In this document: in pieces, positions 40,521 to 50,125 of the stretch | Numbering within the stretch: the first letter of the stretch is position 1 | Layout of the letters: each line of letters starts with the position of its first letter | Virus record (IMG/VR): IMGVR_UViG_3300020430_000007 | DNA length: 64,000 bases | DNA from: a virus | Direction: 5' to 3' (one strand) | Translations under genes and position numbers: made by a program | Notes under the pieces: generated by a model | Told to the model about the DNA's origin: nothing | Databases searched by the model: none | The model's input: the letters and a program-made list of their open reading frames with translations, nothing else

Positions 40521-41930
40521 ATGTTTAACTCTGGACAACTCCAGAAGAAGTGGCAACCCCTCCTAGAGGCAGAAGGACTTGACAATATCAAGGACAACCA
40601 TAGGAAAGCGGTTACCGCACAACTTCTAGAAAACCAAGAAAGATTTTTAAGAGAGGAGAGAGCATTCTTATCAGAAGCACCTCCTACAGTAAACACAGAC
40701 CCATCAGGCACAGGTAATCCAGGTTTCTCTGGTTCTGCTGCAGTTGGTGGTCCTGTTGCTGGTTTCGACCCAGTTCTAATCTCATTGATTAGAAGAGCAA
40801 TGCCTAACTTGGTGGCATACGATCTTGCAGGTGTTCAACCAATGAACGGACCTACAGGATTGATCTTCGCAATGAGATCACGCTTCGACAATCAGAACGG
40901 AACAGAAGCATTATTCAACGAACCAAATTCAGCGTTCTCTGCTCAGAACTCTGCTGCATCACTTGATCAGGGTGATTACACAGGAGCTACTGACGGTGGC
41001 ACAGACGTTGGTTTTGGTACAACTGCTCAGAGTGGTACTAACCCATCAATCTTGAACGGTGGTTCTGACAACGCATTCTCACTAGGACAAGGTTTCAAGA
41101 CACAAGATCTTGAAAAGTTAGGAGATAATACTACTACTAACGACTTCCGTGAGATGGCATTCAGTATCGAGAAGGTCTCGGTTACTGCCAAATCTCGTGC
41201 GTTGAAAGCAGAGTACTCACTAGAACTTGCTCAAGACTTGAAAGCAATTCATGGTCTAGACGCAGAAGCTGAGTTAGCAAACATTCTTTCTACTGAAATC
41301 CTTGCTGAGATCAATAGAGAAATTGTTAGAACAATCTACAAAGTTGCTGAACCAGGTGCTCAAACAAACACTGCTACAACAGGTGCGTTTGACTTAGACA
41401 CTGACAGTAATGGTCGTTGGATGGTTGAGAAGTTCAAAGGTATGATCTTCCAGCTAGAGAGAGATGCTAACGCTATCGCACAAAGAACTCGTCGAGGAAA
41501 GGGCAACATTATCCTTTGCTCTGCTGACGTTGCTTCCGCACTTACTGCTGCTGGACAACTAGACTACACACCTGCACTCAACAGCAACTTGAATGTTGAT
41601 GACACAGGTAATACATTCGCTGGTACACTCAACGGACGTTACAAGGTATACATCGATCCATTCGCTGCTAACCTAGACGCTAACCAGTACTACGTTATGG
41701 GTTATAAGGGTTCATCTCCTTATGACGCAGGTATCTTCTACTGCCCATATGTACCACTACAGATGGTAAGAGCAGTGGGACAAGACACCTTCCAGCCAAA
41801 AATTGGATTCAAGACCAGATATGGTATGGTTTCCAACCCATTTGCTGAGGGTACAACACAAGGTCTTGGTAGAATTACTGCTAACAGTAACAGATACTAC
41901 AGAAGAGTTAAGGTTCAAAACCTAATGTAA
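40521..41930 (+). CDS. gp23: Major capsid protein gp23
   Basis: GVQPMNGPTGLIFAMR, KSRALKAEYSLELAQDLKAIHG, FQPKIGFKTRYG. Confidence 0.99.
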   Translation: MFNSGQLQKKWQPLLEAEGLDNIKDNHRKAVTAQLLENQERFLREERAFLSEAPPTVNTDPSGTGNPGFSGSAAVGGPVAGFDPVLISLIRRAMPNLVAYDLAGVQPMNGPTGLIFAMRSRFDNQNGTEALFNEPNSAFSAQNSAASLDQGDYTGATDGGTDVGFGTTAQSGTNPSILNGGSDNAFSLGQGFKTQDLEKLGDNTTTNDFREMAFSIEKVSVTAKSRALKAEYSLELAQDLKAIHGLDAEAELANILSTEILAEINREIVRTIYKVAEPGAQTNTATTGAFDLDTDSNGRWMVEKFKGMIFQLERDANAIAQRTRRGKGNIILCSADVASALTAAGQLDYTPALNSNLNVDDTGNTFAGTLNGRYKVYIDPFAANLDANQYYVMGYKGSSPYDAGIFYCPYVPLQMVRAVGQDTFQPKIGFKTRYGMVSNPFAEGTTQGLGRITANSNRYYRRVKVQNLM

Positions 41931-41952
41931 GCGAGACGCTTATATTTCTCAA

Positions 41953-41980
41953 AGACCCCTGCTTGACAGGGGTTTTTTTT
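41953..41980 (+). terminator. Rho-independent terminator after gp23
   Basis: Stem acccctg/caggggt followed by a T run. Confidence 0.85.
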
Positions 41981-41990
41981 ATGCTACTAT
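41963..41990 (+). promoter_or_regulatory. sigma70-type promoter embedded in the gp23 terminator
   Basis: TTGACA (41963-68), 16 nt, TACTAT with an extended TG. Confidence 0.55.
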
Positions 41991-42045
41991 ATAAGTATGT
42001 TCTTAAAAGCTTAGGCGACTTAGAACACCCAAATGTACTTTACGA

Positions 42046-43128
42046 ATGTTAGTTATGTCAACTAAGAAAGGTTTTAATGGCAAAGGTATTATCGACCTTG
42101 CAGATTATGAGGGTATGGAACCTCGTGAACAAAACGATGCAGTATTTCAGAATATTGATTGGTTAGATTTAGATACAGTAGATTTAGAAGACCCAGACTA
42201 TTGGAATCTAGCAATCAGGACAGAAACTCCAGAAGAAAGAAATAGAAGAGTATCTGCCCTTCAAGTAAGTTATAATAATGAAGGATTTTTAACTAATTTT
42301 TGGCCAGTATGTTTTGGTACTGACGGTAAACCTAGAGATGGTAGAGGCAGAATAGAATCTGCGATAATAAATGGTGAACGGTGGATGCCCAAGGCAAACT
42401 ACCATTATGAAAAAGCATCTGAGGATGTAGGATTTTCTAGAAATTATATAACTAATGGATTAGTTGCAAACTATCATCTTCCTTCCGAAGCACCTAAAAT
42501 GGAAGATTTTATTCAAGCAGGTGTTTCAATAATTGAAAAAGATGAACTTATTTGCACTAGGGCAGAAGTTAATACTTGGTTATATGGAGAAGCAAAGGTT
42601 GAAAAATTCTTTAGTGATGGTGGTGGTGTTATTACAAAAATCATTGATGCTATTCTTAAAAGAGGTCCAGCAGGATCTAGTGCAATTAAAAAAAGAACTC
42701 CAGGTGGGTGGATTGAGTGGATTAAAGATAATGTTGGACATGTTGTCAGTAATAAAAAAGGTCTTTATTTGTTATGTGTAGATAGTGAAACTTATCCAAT
42801 GAGGGCATGGTGTCAATATGTATTAGCTTCTGTTGCTAAACAGAAAGTACCACCATCTTTTATTCTTTATACTAATGCTAATACACCAGAGGAAGCAAGG
42901 AAAAATATGCATAACTTTGTAAATAAATTAAAATATTATAATGATGTAACCTTTAGATTAGTCAATCAATCTCCACATGTGAGTGAAATAGGAGCAGTAT
43001 TTCAAACTCCAAAGTTTGAGATTAGACAACCAGAAACACTTCCTTATTCTATATTTGGAGCAGTTCCTCAGATAGATGGAGAACATGATCTAACTGGTAA
43101 GAATTTGGTTCCTATTGAGGAATATTGA
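42046..43128 (+). CDS. Hypothetical protein with ParB/Srx-like N-terminal motif
   Basis: 360 aa; LQVSYNNEGF....WP......PRDGRGRIESA resembles the ParB-N GxxRxxA signature. Confidence 0.55.
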   Translation: MLVMSTKKGFNGKGIIDLADYEGMEPREQNDAVFQNIDWLDLDTVDLEDPDYWNLAIRTETPEERNRRVSALQVSYNNEGFLTNFWPVCFGTDGKPRDGRGRIESAIINGERWMPKANYHYEKASEDVGFSRNYITNGLVANYHLPSEAPKMEDFIQAGVSIIEKDELICTRAEVNTWLYGEAKVEKFFSDGGGVITKIIDAILKRGPAGSSAIKKRTPGGWIEWIKDNVGHVVSNKKGLYLLCVDSETYPMRAWCQYVLASVAKQKVPPSFILYTNANTPEEARKNMHNFVNKLKYYNDVTFRLVNQSPHVSEIGAVFQTPKFEIRQPETLPYSIFGAVPQIDGEHDLTGKNLVPIEEY

Positions 43129-43172
43129 TTTCCAAGGAAACTCCTATATAAGGGGGTCTCTTTTTTTATGCG

Positions 43173-43337
43173 ATGGACAAAGATCAAAAGTGGAATGATG
43201 CTCTTACTATTTTTACTGAGAGCGTTCACAAACCAGATACTAAACTTAGAAGTTGTGCTCATAATCAAGAATGTTATGATGAGCTGATGGAAATACGAAA
43301 GCAGGTGCTTTCTTACCTAACTACTATACGAAGGTAA
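43173..43337 (+). CDS. Small conserved cyanophage protein (54 aa)
   Basis: Read by hand: MDKDQKWNDALTIFTESVHKPDTKLRSCAHNQECYDELMEIRKQVLSYLTTIRR*. Confidence 0.7.
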   Translation: MDKDQKWNDALTIFTESVHKPDTKLRSCAHNQECYDELMEIRKQVLSYLTTIRR

Positions 43338-43347
43338 CCTTGGAGCG

Positions 43348-43512
43348 ATGAACGGCAGACTTTCTAAAGTTGACATGATAAACAAACTCTTTCAATTAAA
43401 AAGAGAACTTGATTACAAATGCGAAATTGGAGAAATGGGAGAGTGGGAGTGTGTTGGTGCTAAAAAATATTTGAACAAAGCATTTGATACTCTCGATGAG
43501 TTTTGGCAATAA
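43348..43512 (+). CDS. Small conserved cyanophage protein (54 aa)
   Basis: Read by hand: MNGRLSKVDMINKLFQLKRELD...LNKAFDTLDEFWQ*; GGAG RBS. Confidence 0.7.
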   Translation: MNGRLSKVDMINKLFQLKRELDYKCEIGEMGEWECVGAKKYLNKAFDTLDEFWQ

Positions 43513-43533
43513 ATAACTAAAAAAGTCCATGTA

Positions 43534-44115
43534 ATGCCAACTAGAAAAAGTATCCATCCAAGTGTATGGAAACAGGTTACTGATAGAAATTTTCTTTCTA
43601 CTATTGGATTTAAGTTTCTTTTGGAACGTTGTCCAAAGGTAGATTTTTATTGTAATACAGCAAACATACCCACTATAACATTAGGTGTAGCAGAACAACC
43701 CTCTTACCTTAGAAATATACCTGTACCTGGCGATAAAATACAATTTCAAGATCTTCAAATATCTTTTATGGTGGATGAAAATATGGAAAATTATCTTGAA
43801 TTGTATAAATGGATTACAAATCTTGGGTTTCCAGAATCTCTAGATCAGTATAAAGGATTGCAAGATCAAAATTCTTTATTACCAGAGAAAGATCCTGGCG
43901 ATATTTTTAATGAGAGATCTGATGCTACTCTCATGATACTGAATAGTAATCTTAATCCCTCTGTAAAAGTAAAGTTTAGAGATTTATTCCCAATTGAATT
44001 GAGTGGTATTCCATTCAACGCTAAAGCAGAAGAGCAAGAATATTTTACAGCAACCGCTATTTTCAAGTATACTATGTTTGATGTGATTGATGTCAATGGA
44101 AAAAAAGTCGTCTAA
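43534..44115 (+). CDS. gp3: Tail completion / tube terminator gp3
   Basis: RNFLSTIGFKF, ANIPTITLG, PGDKI, FMVDENMENY, FRDLFPIELSG. Confidence 0.88.
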   Translation: MPTRKSIHPSVWKQVTDRNFLSTIGFKFLLERCPKVDFYCNTANIPTITLGVAEQPSYLRNIPVPGDKIQFQDLQISFMVDENMENYLELYKWITNLGFPESLDQYKGLQDQNSLLPEKDPGDIFNERSDATLMILNSNLNPSVKVKFRDLFPIELSGIPFNAKAEEQEYFTATAIFKYTMFDVIDVNGKKVV

Positions 44116-44551
44116 TCCCTGTAGTGTAGAAGCAATACAGGAGATGTGGAGTAAAGATTCAGTGATGAATCAAGATGAACTTGATAATGAATCTTTACGT
44201 ATACCACAATTACACGCCAAATATTACGACCTATATAATACGATACTGCTTATGCGGAAACGTGATGAGCAACAGTATTCTTCTATTCTATTAGATCGTA
44301 GAAAGTATTATACTGGAAAGGCAACTGCAGACATATATGCAGAGGAACCATTTCCATATAAAATTAGAGACAAGGATGATTTGAAATTATATCTTGACTC
44401 TGATGAAAAATTGAGTAAGACTAAACTCAAATTAGAATACTACGATGCTATGCTCAAGTATCTTGAAGAGATACTAAGACAAGTTTCTAATAGAACCTAT
44501 CAGATAAAGAATGCTATTGAATGGCGTAGGTTCTCTTCAGGATATGGCTGA
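44096..44551 (+). CDS. uvsY: Recombination mediator UvsY
   Basis: ESLRIPQLHAKY, YYTGKA, RTYQIKNAIEWRRF. Confidence 0.92.
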   Translation: MEKKSSNPCSVEAIQEMWSKDSVMNQDELDNESLRIPQLHAKYYDLYNTILLMRKRDEQQYSSILLDRRKYYTGKATADIYAEEPFPYKIRDKDDLKLYLDSDEKLSKTKLKLEYYDAMLKYLEEILRQVSNRTYQIKNAIEWRRFSSGYG

Positions 44552-45992
44552 TCTTATTATCAAAAAGAAGAACGAAGTATATCTTCAAATAGAATGTGAT
44601 CCACATATCAGACACGAATTACAGGATGAGTTTACTTTTGATGTGCCTGATGCAAAATTTATGCCACAGTATAGAAATAAATATTGGGACGGTAAGATAA
44701 GATTATATAATTTACAAAAAAATGAGATATATGTTGGGTTGCTTGATAAAATTACTTCCTTCTGCAAAACTTATAATTATAAATTTGAATTTTTAGATAC
44801 AAAATATTTCGGATTACCCTATGAGGAAAATGAAAGGGTGTCTGAGGAGGGTGTAAAAGATTATGTAACATCAATTTCTAAGTATAAACCTAGATCATAT
44901 CAGATAGAAGGCATCTACGATGCTCTAAGACGCAACAGGAGACTCATAATATCTCCTACTGGGAGTGGTAAATCGTTAATGATATATGCCATTACAAGAT
45001 ATCATCAAGAACAAGGAAGAAAAATATTAATAGTTGTCCCAACTACTTCGTTAGTTGAACAAATGTATAAAGATTTTGTGGAATATGGATGGGATGTCAG
45101 TGAGATTGCTCATAGAATATACGCAGGAAAAGATATGTTGAGTGATTGTCCTGTCGTTATATCAACTTGGCAATCAATTTACAAACAAGATAGGAAGTGG
45201 TTTAGACAATTCAGTGTAGTGATAGGTGACGAAGCACATCAATTTAAATCCAAATCACTAGTTAGTATTATGACTAAACTAGATGATGCTAAGTTTAGAT
45301 ATGGTTTTACAGGAACACTTGATGGCACTCAAACACACAAATGGGTATTGGAAGGTTTATTCGGTCCTTCATATAAAATTGTCAATACAAAAGATCTTCA
45401 AGATGCAGGGTATCTAGCAAGGTTGAACATAAAAATACTTTTATTGAAACACGAACCTACAAAATTTGAGACATATGAAGAAGAGGTTCAATATATTATA
45501 ACTCATAATAAAAGAAATAATTTCATAAAAAACCTTGCACTAGACCTAAAAGGTAACACATTAATACTATACAGTAGGGTGGAAACCCATGGTCAGATAT
45601 TATTTGATATAATAAATATAAATGAACGTAAAGTTTTTTTCATTCACGGTGGCGTGGATGTTGAAGAGCGTGAACAAGTGCGTACGATTACTGAGAGGGA
45701 AAACAATGCAATCATTGTTGCGTCTTACGGCACTTTCAGCACTGGCATTAACATTAAACGATTACACAACATTATTTTTGCCAGTCCCAGTAAATCTAGA
45801 ATTAGAAACCTTCAATCAATTGGTAGAGTTCTAAGAAAAGGTGAAGGAAAATCTAAAGCAACTCTCTATGACATAGCTGATGACACTAAGAAAGGTTCAA
45901 AACAAAATTATACTTTGAATCATCTTATTGAACGCATCAAATACTACAACGAGGAGAAATTTAATTATGACATCATCCAAATCAAAATCTGA
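44544..45992 (+). CDS. uvsW: UvsW DNA/RNA helicase
   Basis: SPTGSGKS, GDEAH, GFTGT, LQSIGRVLR. Confidence 0.96.
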   Translation: MADLIIKKKNEVYLQIECDPHIRHELQDEFTFDVPDAKFMPQYRNKYWDGKIRLYNLQKNEIYVGLLDKITSFCKTYNYKFEFLDTKYFGLPYEENERVSEEGVKDYVTSISKYKPRSYQIEGIYDALRRNRRLIISPTGSGKSLMIYAITRYHQEQGRKILIVVPTTSLVEQMYKDFVEYGWDVSEIAHRIYAGKDMLSDCPVVISTWQSIYKQDRKWFRQFSVVIGDEAHQFKSKSLVSIMTKLDDAKFRYGFTGTLDGTQTHKWVLEGLFGPSYKIVNTKDLQDAGYLARLNIKILLLKHEPTKFETYEEEVQYIITHNKRNNFIKNLALDLKGNTLILYSRVETHGQILFDIININERKVFFIHGGVDVEEREQVRTITERENNAIIVASYGTFSTGINIKRLHNIIFASPSKSRIRNLQSIGRVLRKGEGKSKATLYDIADDTKKGSKQNYTLNHLIERIKYYNEEKFNYDIIQIKI

Positions 45993-46410
45993 GCCGTATG
46001 ATGAATTTCTTGCGTGTATTAAATTGGTAAGCGGAGAGGAAATTCTATCAAAAGTTGTAATAGATTCATCAGATAATCAAAAGATAATAATTGATAATCC
46101 TGTTGTGTGCCATGAAGTTCGCTCGCCTGGTGCTCAAATACCAATGGGATATAAATTTGAACCATGGATGAAGCTAAGCGATGAAGAATGTTTTATACTC
46201 AATCTTGATAAAGTTATTACATTATCAGAAATAAAAGATAAATTAGTTCTTGATACCTATCAACAAATAATATCAGGTGGATTCAAAAGAACTCATCCAG
46301 ATCTAAATCGTGATATGGGTTATATAAATTCTGTAGAAAAATCTAGAAATATTATAGAAAAATTATATAAAGGTGATGATGCCTCTAAAGAACCTAAGAA
46401 AGACCTATAG
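45967..46410 (+). CDS. Conserved Sm-like-fold hypothetical protein
   Basis: IKLVSGEEI...EPWM motif; usual position between uvsW and gp55. Confidence 0.7.
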   Translation: MTSSKSKSEPYDEFLACIKLVSGEEILSKVVIDSSDNQKIIIDNPVVCHEVRSPGAQIPMGYKFEPWMKLSDEECFILNLDKVITLSEIKDKLVLDTYQQIISGGFKRTHPDLNRDMGYINSVEKSRNIIEKLYKGDDASKEPKKDL

Positions 46411-46437
46411 CTAGTCCCGTTGAACGGCAACATAGTG

Positions 46438-46466
46438 ATTCTACACATATTTGCAGTGATTGTCAA
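46438..46466 (-). promoter_or_regulatory. Antisense sigma70-type promoter (TTGACA-17-TAGAAT)
   Basis: Reverse complement of attcta...tgtcaa with 17-nt spacing. Confidence 0.6.
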
Positions 46467-46479
46467 GTTGTGCTATAAT
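46451..46479 (+). promoter_or_regulatory. sigma70-type promoter for gp55 (TTGCAG-17-TATAAT, extended TG)
   Basis: Direct motif match upstream of the gp55 ATG. Confidence 0.65.
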
Positions 46480-46502
46480 AAATTTAATGAATTGAAGACA
46501 TA

Positions 46503-46973
46503 ATGGTACGTAAAAGATCCGAACACTATGTGAATAATAAGGAGTTTCTTGCTGCTATTGTTGCTTATAAACAATCTATCGCACAAGCAGAGCAAGCAGG
46601 AGATCCTAAACCTAGGATAACAAACTACCTAGGAGAATGTTTTTTGAAGATCGCTACACATTTATCATACAAACCAAATTTTGTAAATTACATGTTTAAG
46701 GATGATATGATATGTGATGGTATAGAAAATTGTGTACAGTACATAAACAATTTCAATCCTGAGAAATCAAAAAATCCTTTTGCATATTTTACACAAATTA
46801 TACATTACGCTTTCTTACGAAGAATACAGAAGGAGAAAAAACAATTAGAAATAAGACAAAAAATTATAGAAAGATCTGGATATGAAGAGGTTTTTACTGC
46901 AGACGAAGCAGGAAAATCATCTGAATTTAACTCTATTAAAGATGCAATACAATACAGATCCAATAACAGATGA
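46503..46973 (+). CDS. gp55: Late-transcription sigma factor gp55
   Basis: HYVNNKEFL, NPFAYFTQIIHYAFLRRIQKEKKQ. Confidence 0.96.
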   Translation: MVRKRSEHYVNNKEFLAAIVAYKQSIAQAEQAGDPKPRITNYLGECFLKIATHLSYKPNFVNYMFKDDMICDGIENCVQYINNFNPEKSKNPFAYFTQIIHYAFLRRIQKEKKQLEIRQKIIERSGYEEVFTADEAGKSSEFNSIKDAIQYRSNNR

Positions 46974-48007
46974 AAGTTGCTATCATAACTGATCAACATT
47001 TTGGTTTCAAAAAAGGATCTAAATTATACCTTGATTATTTTCAAAAATTTTACGATGAAATTTTTTTTCCAAAGATTGAGGAGTTGGGGATCAAAATTGT
47101 ACTCGACCTTGGAGACACTTTTGATAACCGCAAGGGAGTTGATCTCTTTTCTCTGGACTGGGCGAAGAGAAATTATTTTGATAGGTTATCGAGTCTTGGT
47201 ATTCGTCTTATCAGTATTGTGGGAAACCATACTGCCTACTACAAAAATACAAATGAGATTAATACCAATGACTTATTATTACGAGAGTATAATAATATTC
47301 TCTTGTTTTCTGAGACTACGGAATTAGATGTAGGTGGACAACCTATTCTATTCATACCATGGATTAATCAGGAAAACTCGGATGAGACTTATAAGAAAAT
47401 AAAAAATTCTAAATGTAAGGTAGCAATGGGTCACTTAGAATTGAATGGTTTTATTGCTACCCACGGTCACACTATGGAACATGGTGCTGATTTGGATAGT
47501 TATGATAAATTTACACAAGTATTTTCTGGACACTATCACACTAGATCTAGTAATGGAAAAATTTATTATTTGGGAAATCCATATGAGATGTTTTGGAGTG
47601 ACGTAAATGATAAGAGAGGGTTTCATATATGGGATACTCAAACATTAAAACTCAAAACTATAAACAACCCCAATCAATTATACACAGTAATAAATTATGA
47701 TGATACACCTAGACAGTTAACCAAATTCTCAGACTACACTAATAAGATAGTAAAGGTTGTAGTTAGACAAAAAAGTGATGAAAAGGAATACGACAGGTTT
47801 ATGGATTCTCTAGTCAAAGCAAATCCGCATGATATAAAAATTATAGAAAGAACTGATCATTTAGTTTTTGATGGAGAAATATATAATCAAACGGAGGACA
47901 CAATAACTTTATTAGATAGTTATATTGATGACCTTGAAACTAATTTGGATAAAAACAAAATCAAAGGTTTGATGAAAGAAATTTACCAAACTGCTTGTCA
48001 ATTATGA
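46970..48007 (+). CDS. gp47: Recombination endonuclease subunit gp47 (Mre11-like)
   Basis: TDQHFG, LGDTFD, VGNH, GHLE, SGHYH. Confidence 0.96.
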   Translation: MKVAIITDQHFGFKKGSKLYLDYFQKFYDEIFFPKIEELGIKIVLDLGDTFDNRKGVDLFSLDWAKRNYFDRLSSLGIRLISIVGNHTAYYKNTNEINTNDLLLREYNNILLFSETTELDVGGQPILFIPWINQENSDETYKKIKNSKCKVAMGHLELNGFIATHGHTMEHGADLDSYDKFTQVFSGHYHTRSSNGKIYYLGNPYEMFWSDVNDKRGFHIWDTQTLKLKTINNPNQLYTVINYDDTPRQLTKFSDYTNKIVKVVVRQKSDEKEYDRFMDSLVKANPHDIKIIERTDHLVFDGEIYNQTEDTITLLDSYIDDLETNLDKNKIKGLMKEIYQTACQL

Positions 48008-48273
48008 TGTACATTATTACAATAAAAGGAATGAGGGATGATGGTGCTTACGCAGTGATGAATGAGTTTGGTGAAAAGGTTGTCTTTTTATTTGAACAAA
48101 AAGATGATGCCACTAGATATGCAATGCTACTGGAGGAACAAGGTGATCCTCCCATGGAGGTAATTCATGTAAAAGATAGATTAGCGATTGGAGCTTGCGA
48201 AAAAACAGGAACTAAGTATACTATTATTAGAACCGATGACATTGTAATACCTCCTCTACCAAAAGATGATTAA
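48004..48273 (+). CDS. Conserved hypothetical protein
   Basis: GAYAV...LFEQKDDATRYAMLL...DDIVIPP; between gp47 and gp46. Confidence 0.75.
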   Translation: MMYIITIKGMRDDGAYAVMNEFGEKVVFLFEQKDDATRYAMLLEEQGDPPMEVIHVKDRLAIGACEKTGTKYTIIRTDDIVIPPLPKDD

Positions 48274-49993
48274 TTTTCACAAAATAAAGTATAAAAATTT
48301 TCTATCATCTGGAAATTATTATACAGAGATACAACTTGATAGAGATAATGATACACTCATAGTAGGTCAAAATGGTGCTGGTAAAAGCACTATATTAGAT
48401 GCACTAACGTTTTCTTTATTTGGTAAACCTTTCAGAAAAATCAATAAAGGTCAACTAGTAAACTCTATCAATGAAAGAGACTGTGAGGTAGAGATAGAAT
48501 TTTCAATAAACAAAACAGAATATAAAGTATCACGTGGAATCAAACCAAATTTTTTTGAAATATATAAAGACGGAAAAAAACTTAATGAGGATTGCTCTGC
48601 AAATGATCAACAAAGAACTTTGGAATCTCAAATACTCAAACTCAACTATAAGTCCTTTACGCAAATTGTTATTTTGGGGTCTGCCTCTTTTGTTCCTTTC
48701 ATGCAATTATCTGCTCCACATCGTAGGGAAGTTATAGAAGATCTTTTAGACATCAAAGTTTTTTCAACGATGTCTGATATCCTTAAGGAGAAAATAAAGT
48801 TGTCCAAGGACAATTTGAGGGTGTTAGAGTTGAAGAAAGAATCTATCAGTGATAAAATTGTAATGCAAAAAAGATTTATCAAACAGATAGAAGAAGATGG
48901 TGAGGATGATATTAGAGACAAGCAACATAAGATAGTTGTATGTGATGAAGAAACTGATGAGTATCAAAAGAAGATTGAAAAATTATTGTTACAAACTAAT
49001 AACAAATCAGAAGAAATAAAAACTTATACTGCATCAACCGCTACCATTAAACAACTTAATACATTTAGAACTAAACTCCAAACTAAGTATCAAACTTCAG
49101 TCACAGAGTCAAACTTCTTTGATAAGAATACGGTTTGTCCTACCTGCACTCAAAATATAGAAGAGACATTTCGTGTAAATAAAATTGACCACCTCCAAGA
49201 AGTTATTTCCAAGTACGAAACTAATTTGTCTGAGATAGAGCAGGCAATTACTAAGGAAGAGGAAAGAGAACGTAAGTTTTTCAAACTTCAAAAGGAGATT
49301 ACCACCCTGCAGAATGAAATTTCTCAACTTAATGTTCGTATCTCTAACTCAAATAAACTCCGAAAGGATTTGGAATCAGAAATTCAGGACATTACCGATA
49401 AGCTTGAGAACAGAACTATTGAAAATGTAAAACTAACTGAATACAAAGACAACCTTAAGAAGATCCTAGAGGATCTTGAAAAACTAAAAGATGAGTTTGA
49501 GTACTTCCAACAATCCAATATCCTCCTAAAAGACGATGGAGTCAAGTCTGGTATTATAAGGAAGTACTTACCTCTAATAAATCAACAAGTAAATAATTAC
49601 TTGCAACGTATGGATTTTTTTATCAATTTTACATTAGATGAGGAGTTCAACGAAAATATTCAAACTCCAGTGCATGAAAAATTTTCTTACGCATCTTTCT
49701 CAGAAGGAGAGAAAATGAGAATAGATTTATCATTACTATTTACTTGGAGAGAAGTTGCTAGACTCAAAAACAGCGTTGCTACTAATTTATTAATTATGGA
49801 TGAAGTGTTTGATTCCTCACTTGACGGGTTTGGCACGGATGAGTTTTTAAAAATTGTAAGGTTTGTTATAAAAGATGCTAACGTCTTTATTATTAGTCAT
49901 AAGAACGAATTGTATGATAAATTTAATAATTGTTTAGAGTTTGAAAAGGTCAAAGGATTCTCACGTATAAAAAAAAGTTTGACAAACACATAA
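48266..49993 (+). CDS. gp46: Recombination ATPase gp46 (Rad50-like)
   Basis: GQNGAGKST, CPTC zinc hook, FSEGEKMRIDL, LIMDEVFD. Confidence 0.97.
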   Translation: MINFHKIKYKNFLSSGNYYTEIQLDRDNDTLIVGQNGAGKSTILDALTFSLFGKPFRKINKGQLVNSINERDCEVEIEFSINKTEYKVSRGIKPNFFEIYKDGKKLNEDCSANDQQRTLESQILKLNYKSFTQIVILGSASFVPFMQLSAPHRREVIEDLLDIKVFSTMSDILKEKIKLSKDNLRVLELKKESISDKIVMQKRFIKQIEEDGEDDIRDKQHKIVVCDEETDEYQKKIEKLLLQTNNKSEEIKTYTASTATIKQLNTFRTKLQTKYQTSVTESNFFDKNTVCPTCTQNIEETFRVNKIDHLQEVISKYETNLSEIEQAITKEEERERKFFKLQKEITTLQNEISQLNVRISNSNKLRKDLESEIQDITDKLENRTIENVKLTEYKDNLKKILEDLEKLKDEFEYFQQSNILLKDDGVKSGIIRKYLPLINQQVNNYLQRMDFFINFTLDEEFNENIQTPVHEKFSYASFSEGEKMRIDLSLLFTWREVARLKNSVATNLLIMDEVFDSSLDGFGTDEFLKIVRFVIKDANVFIISHKNELYDKFNNCLEFEKVKGFSRIKKSLTNT

Positions 49994-50007
49994 TTTTGTT
50001 GTATAAT
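49979..50007 (+). promoter_or_regulatory. Perfect sigma70 consensus promoter (TTGACA-17-TATAAT)
   Basis: TTGACA at 49979-84 and TATAAT at 50002-07; overlapping late motif ATAAATA at 50006-12. Confidence 0.8.
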
Positions 50008-50013
50008 AAATAC

Positions 50014-50125
50014 TGATACAAAGGAATCGAAAGATCGTACCCCTGCGTAATGCAAAGAACTTCATGTCGGAAGTTCTATCATCCGCAAGGGTTTTATTAT
50101 GCCCATGCGAGATAAAATTAAAAAC
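50014..50125 (+). ncRNA. Structured 5' leader RNA (candidate cis-regulatory element)
   Basis: GAAA-capped mini-hairpin (atc-gaaa-gat); outer stem acccctgcg/cgcaagggt enclosing an inner perfect stem agaacttc/gaagttct. Confidence 0.5.

Noticed and set aside
43135-43167. Possible terminator after the 42046 ORF
   Set aside because: A T run is present but the stem pairs poorly.
49080-49560. Apparent shift toward C-ending codons in the gp46 coiled coil
   Set aside because: Visual impression only; it cannot be quantified without computation.
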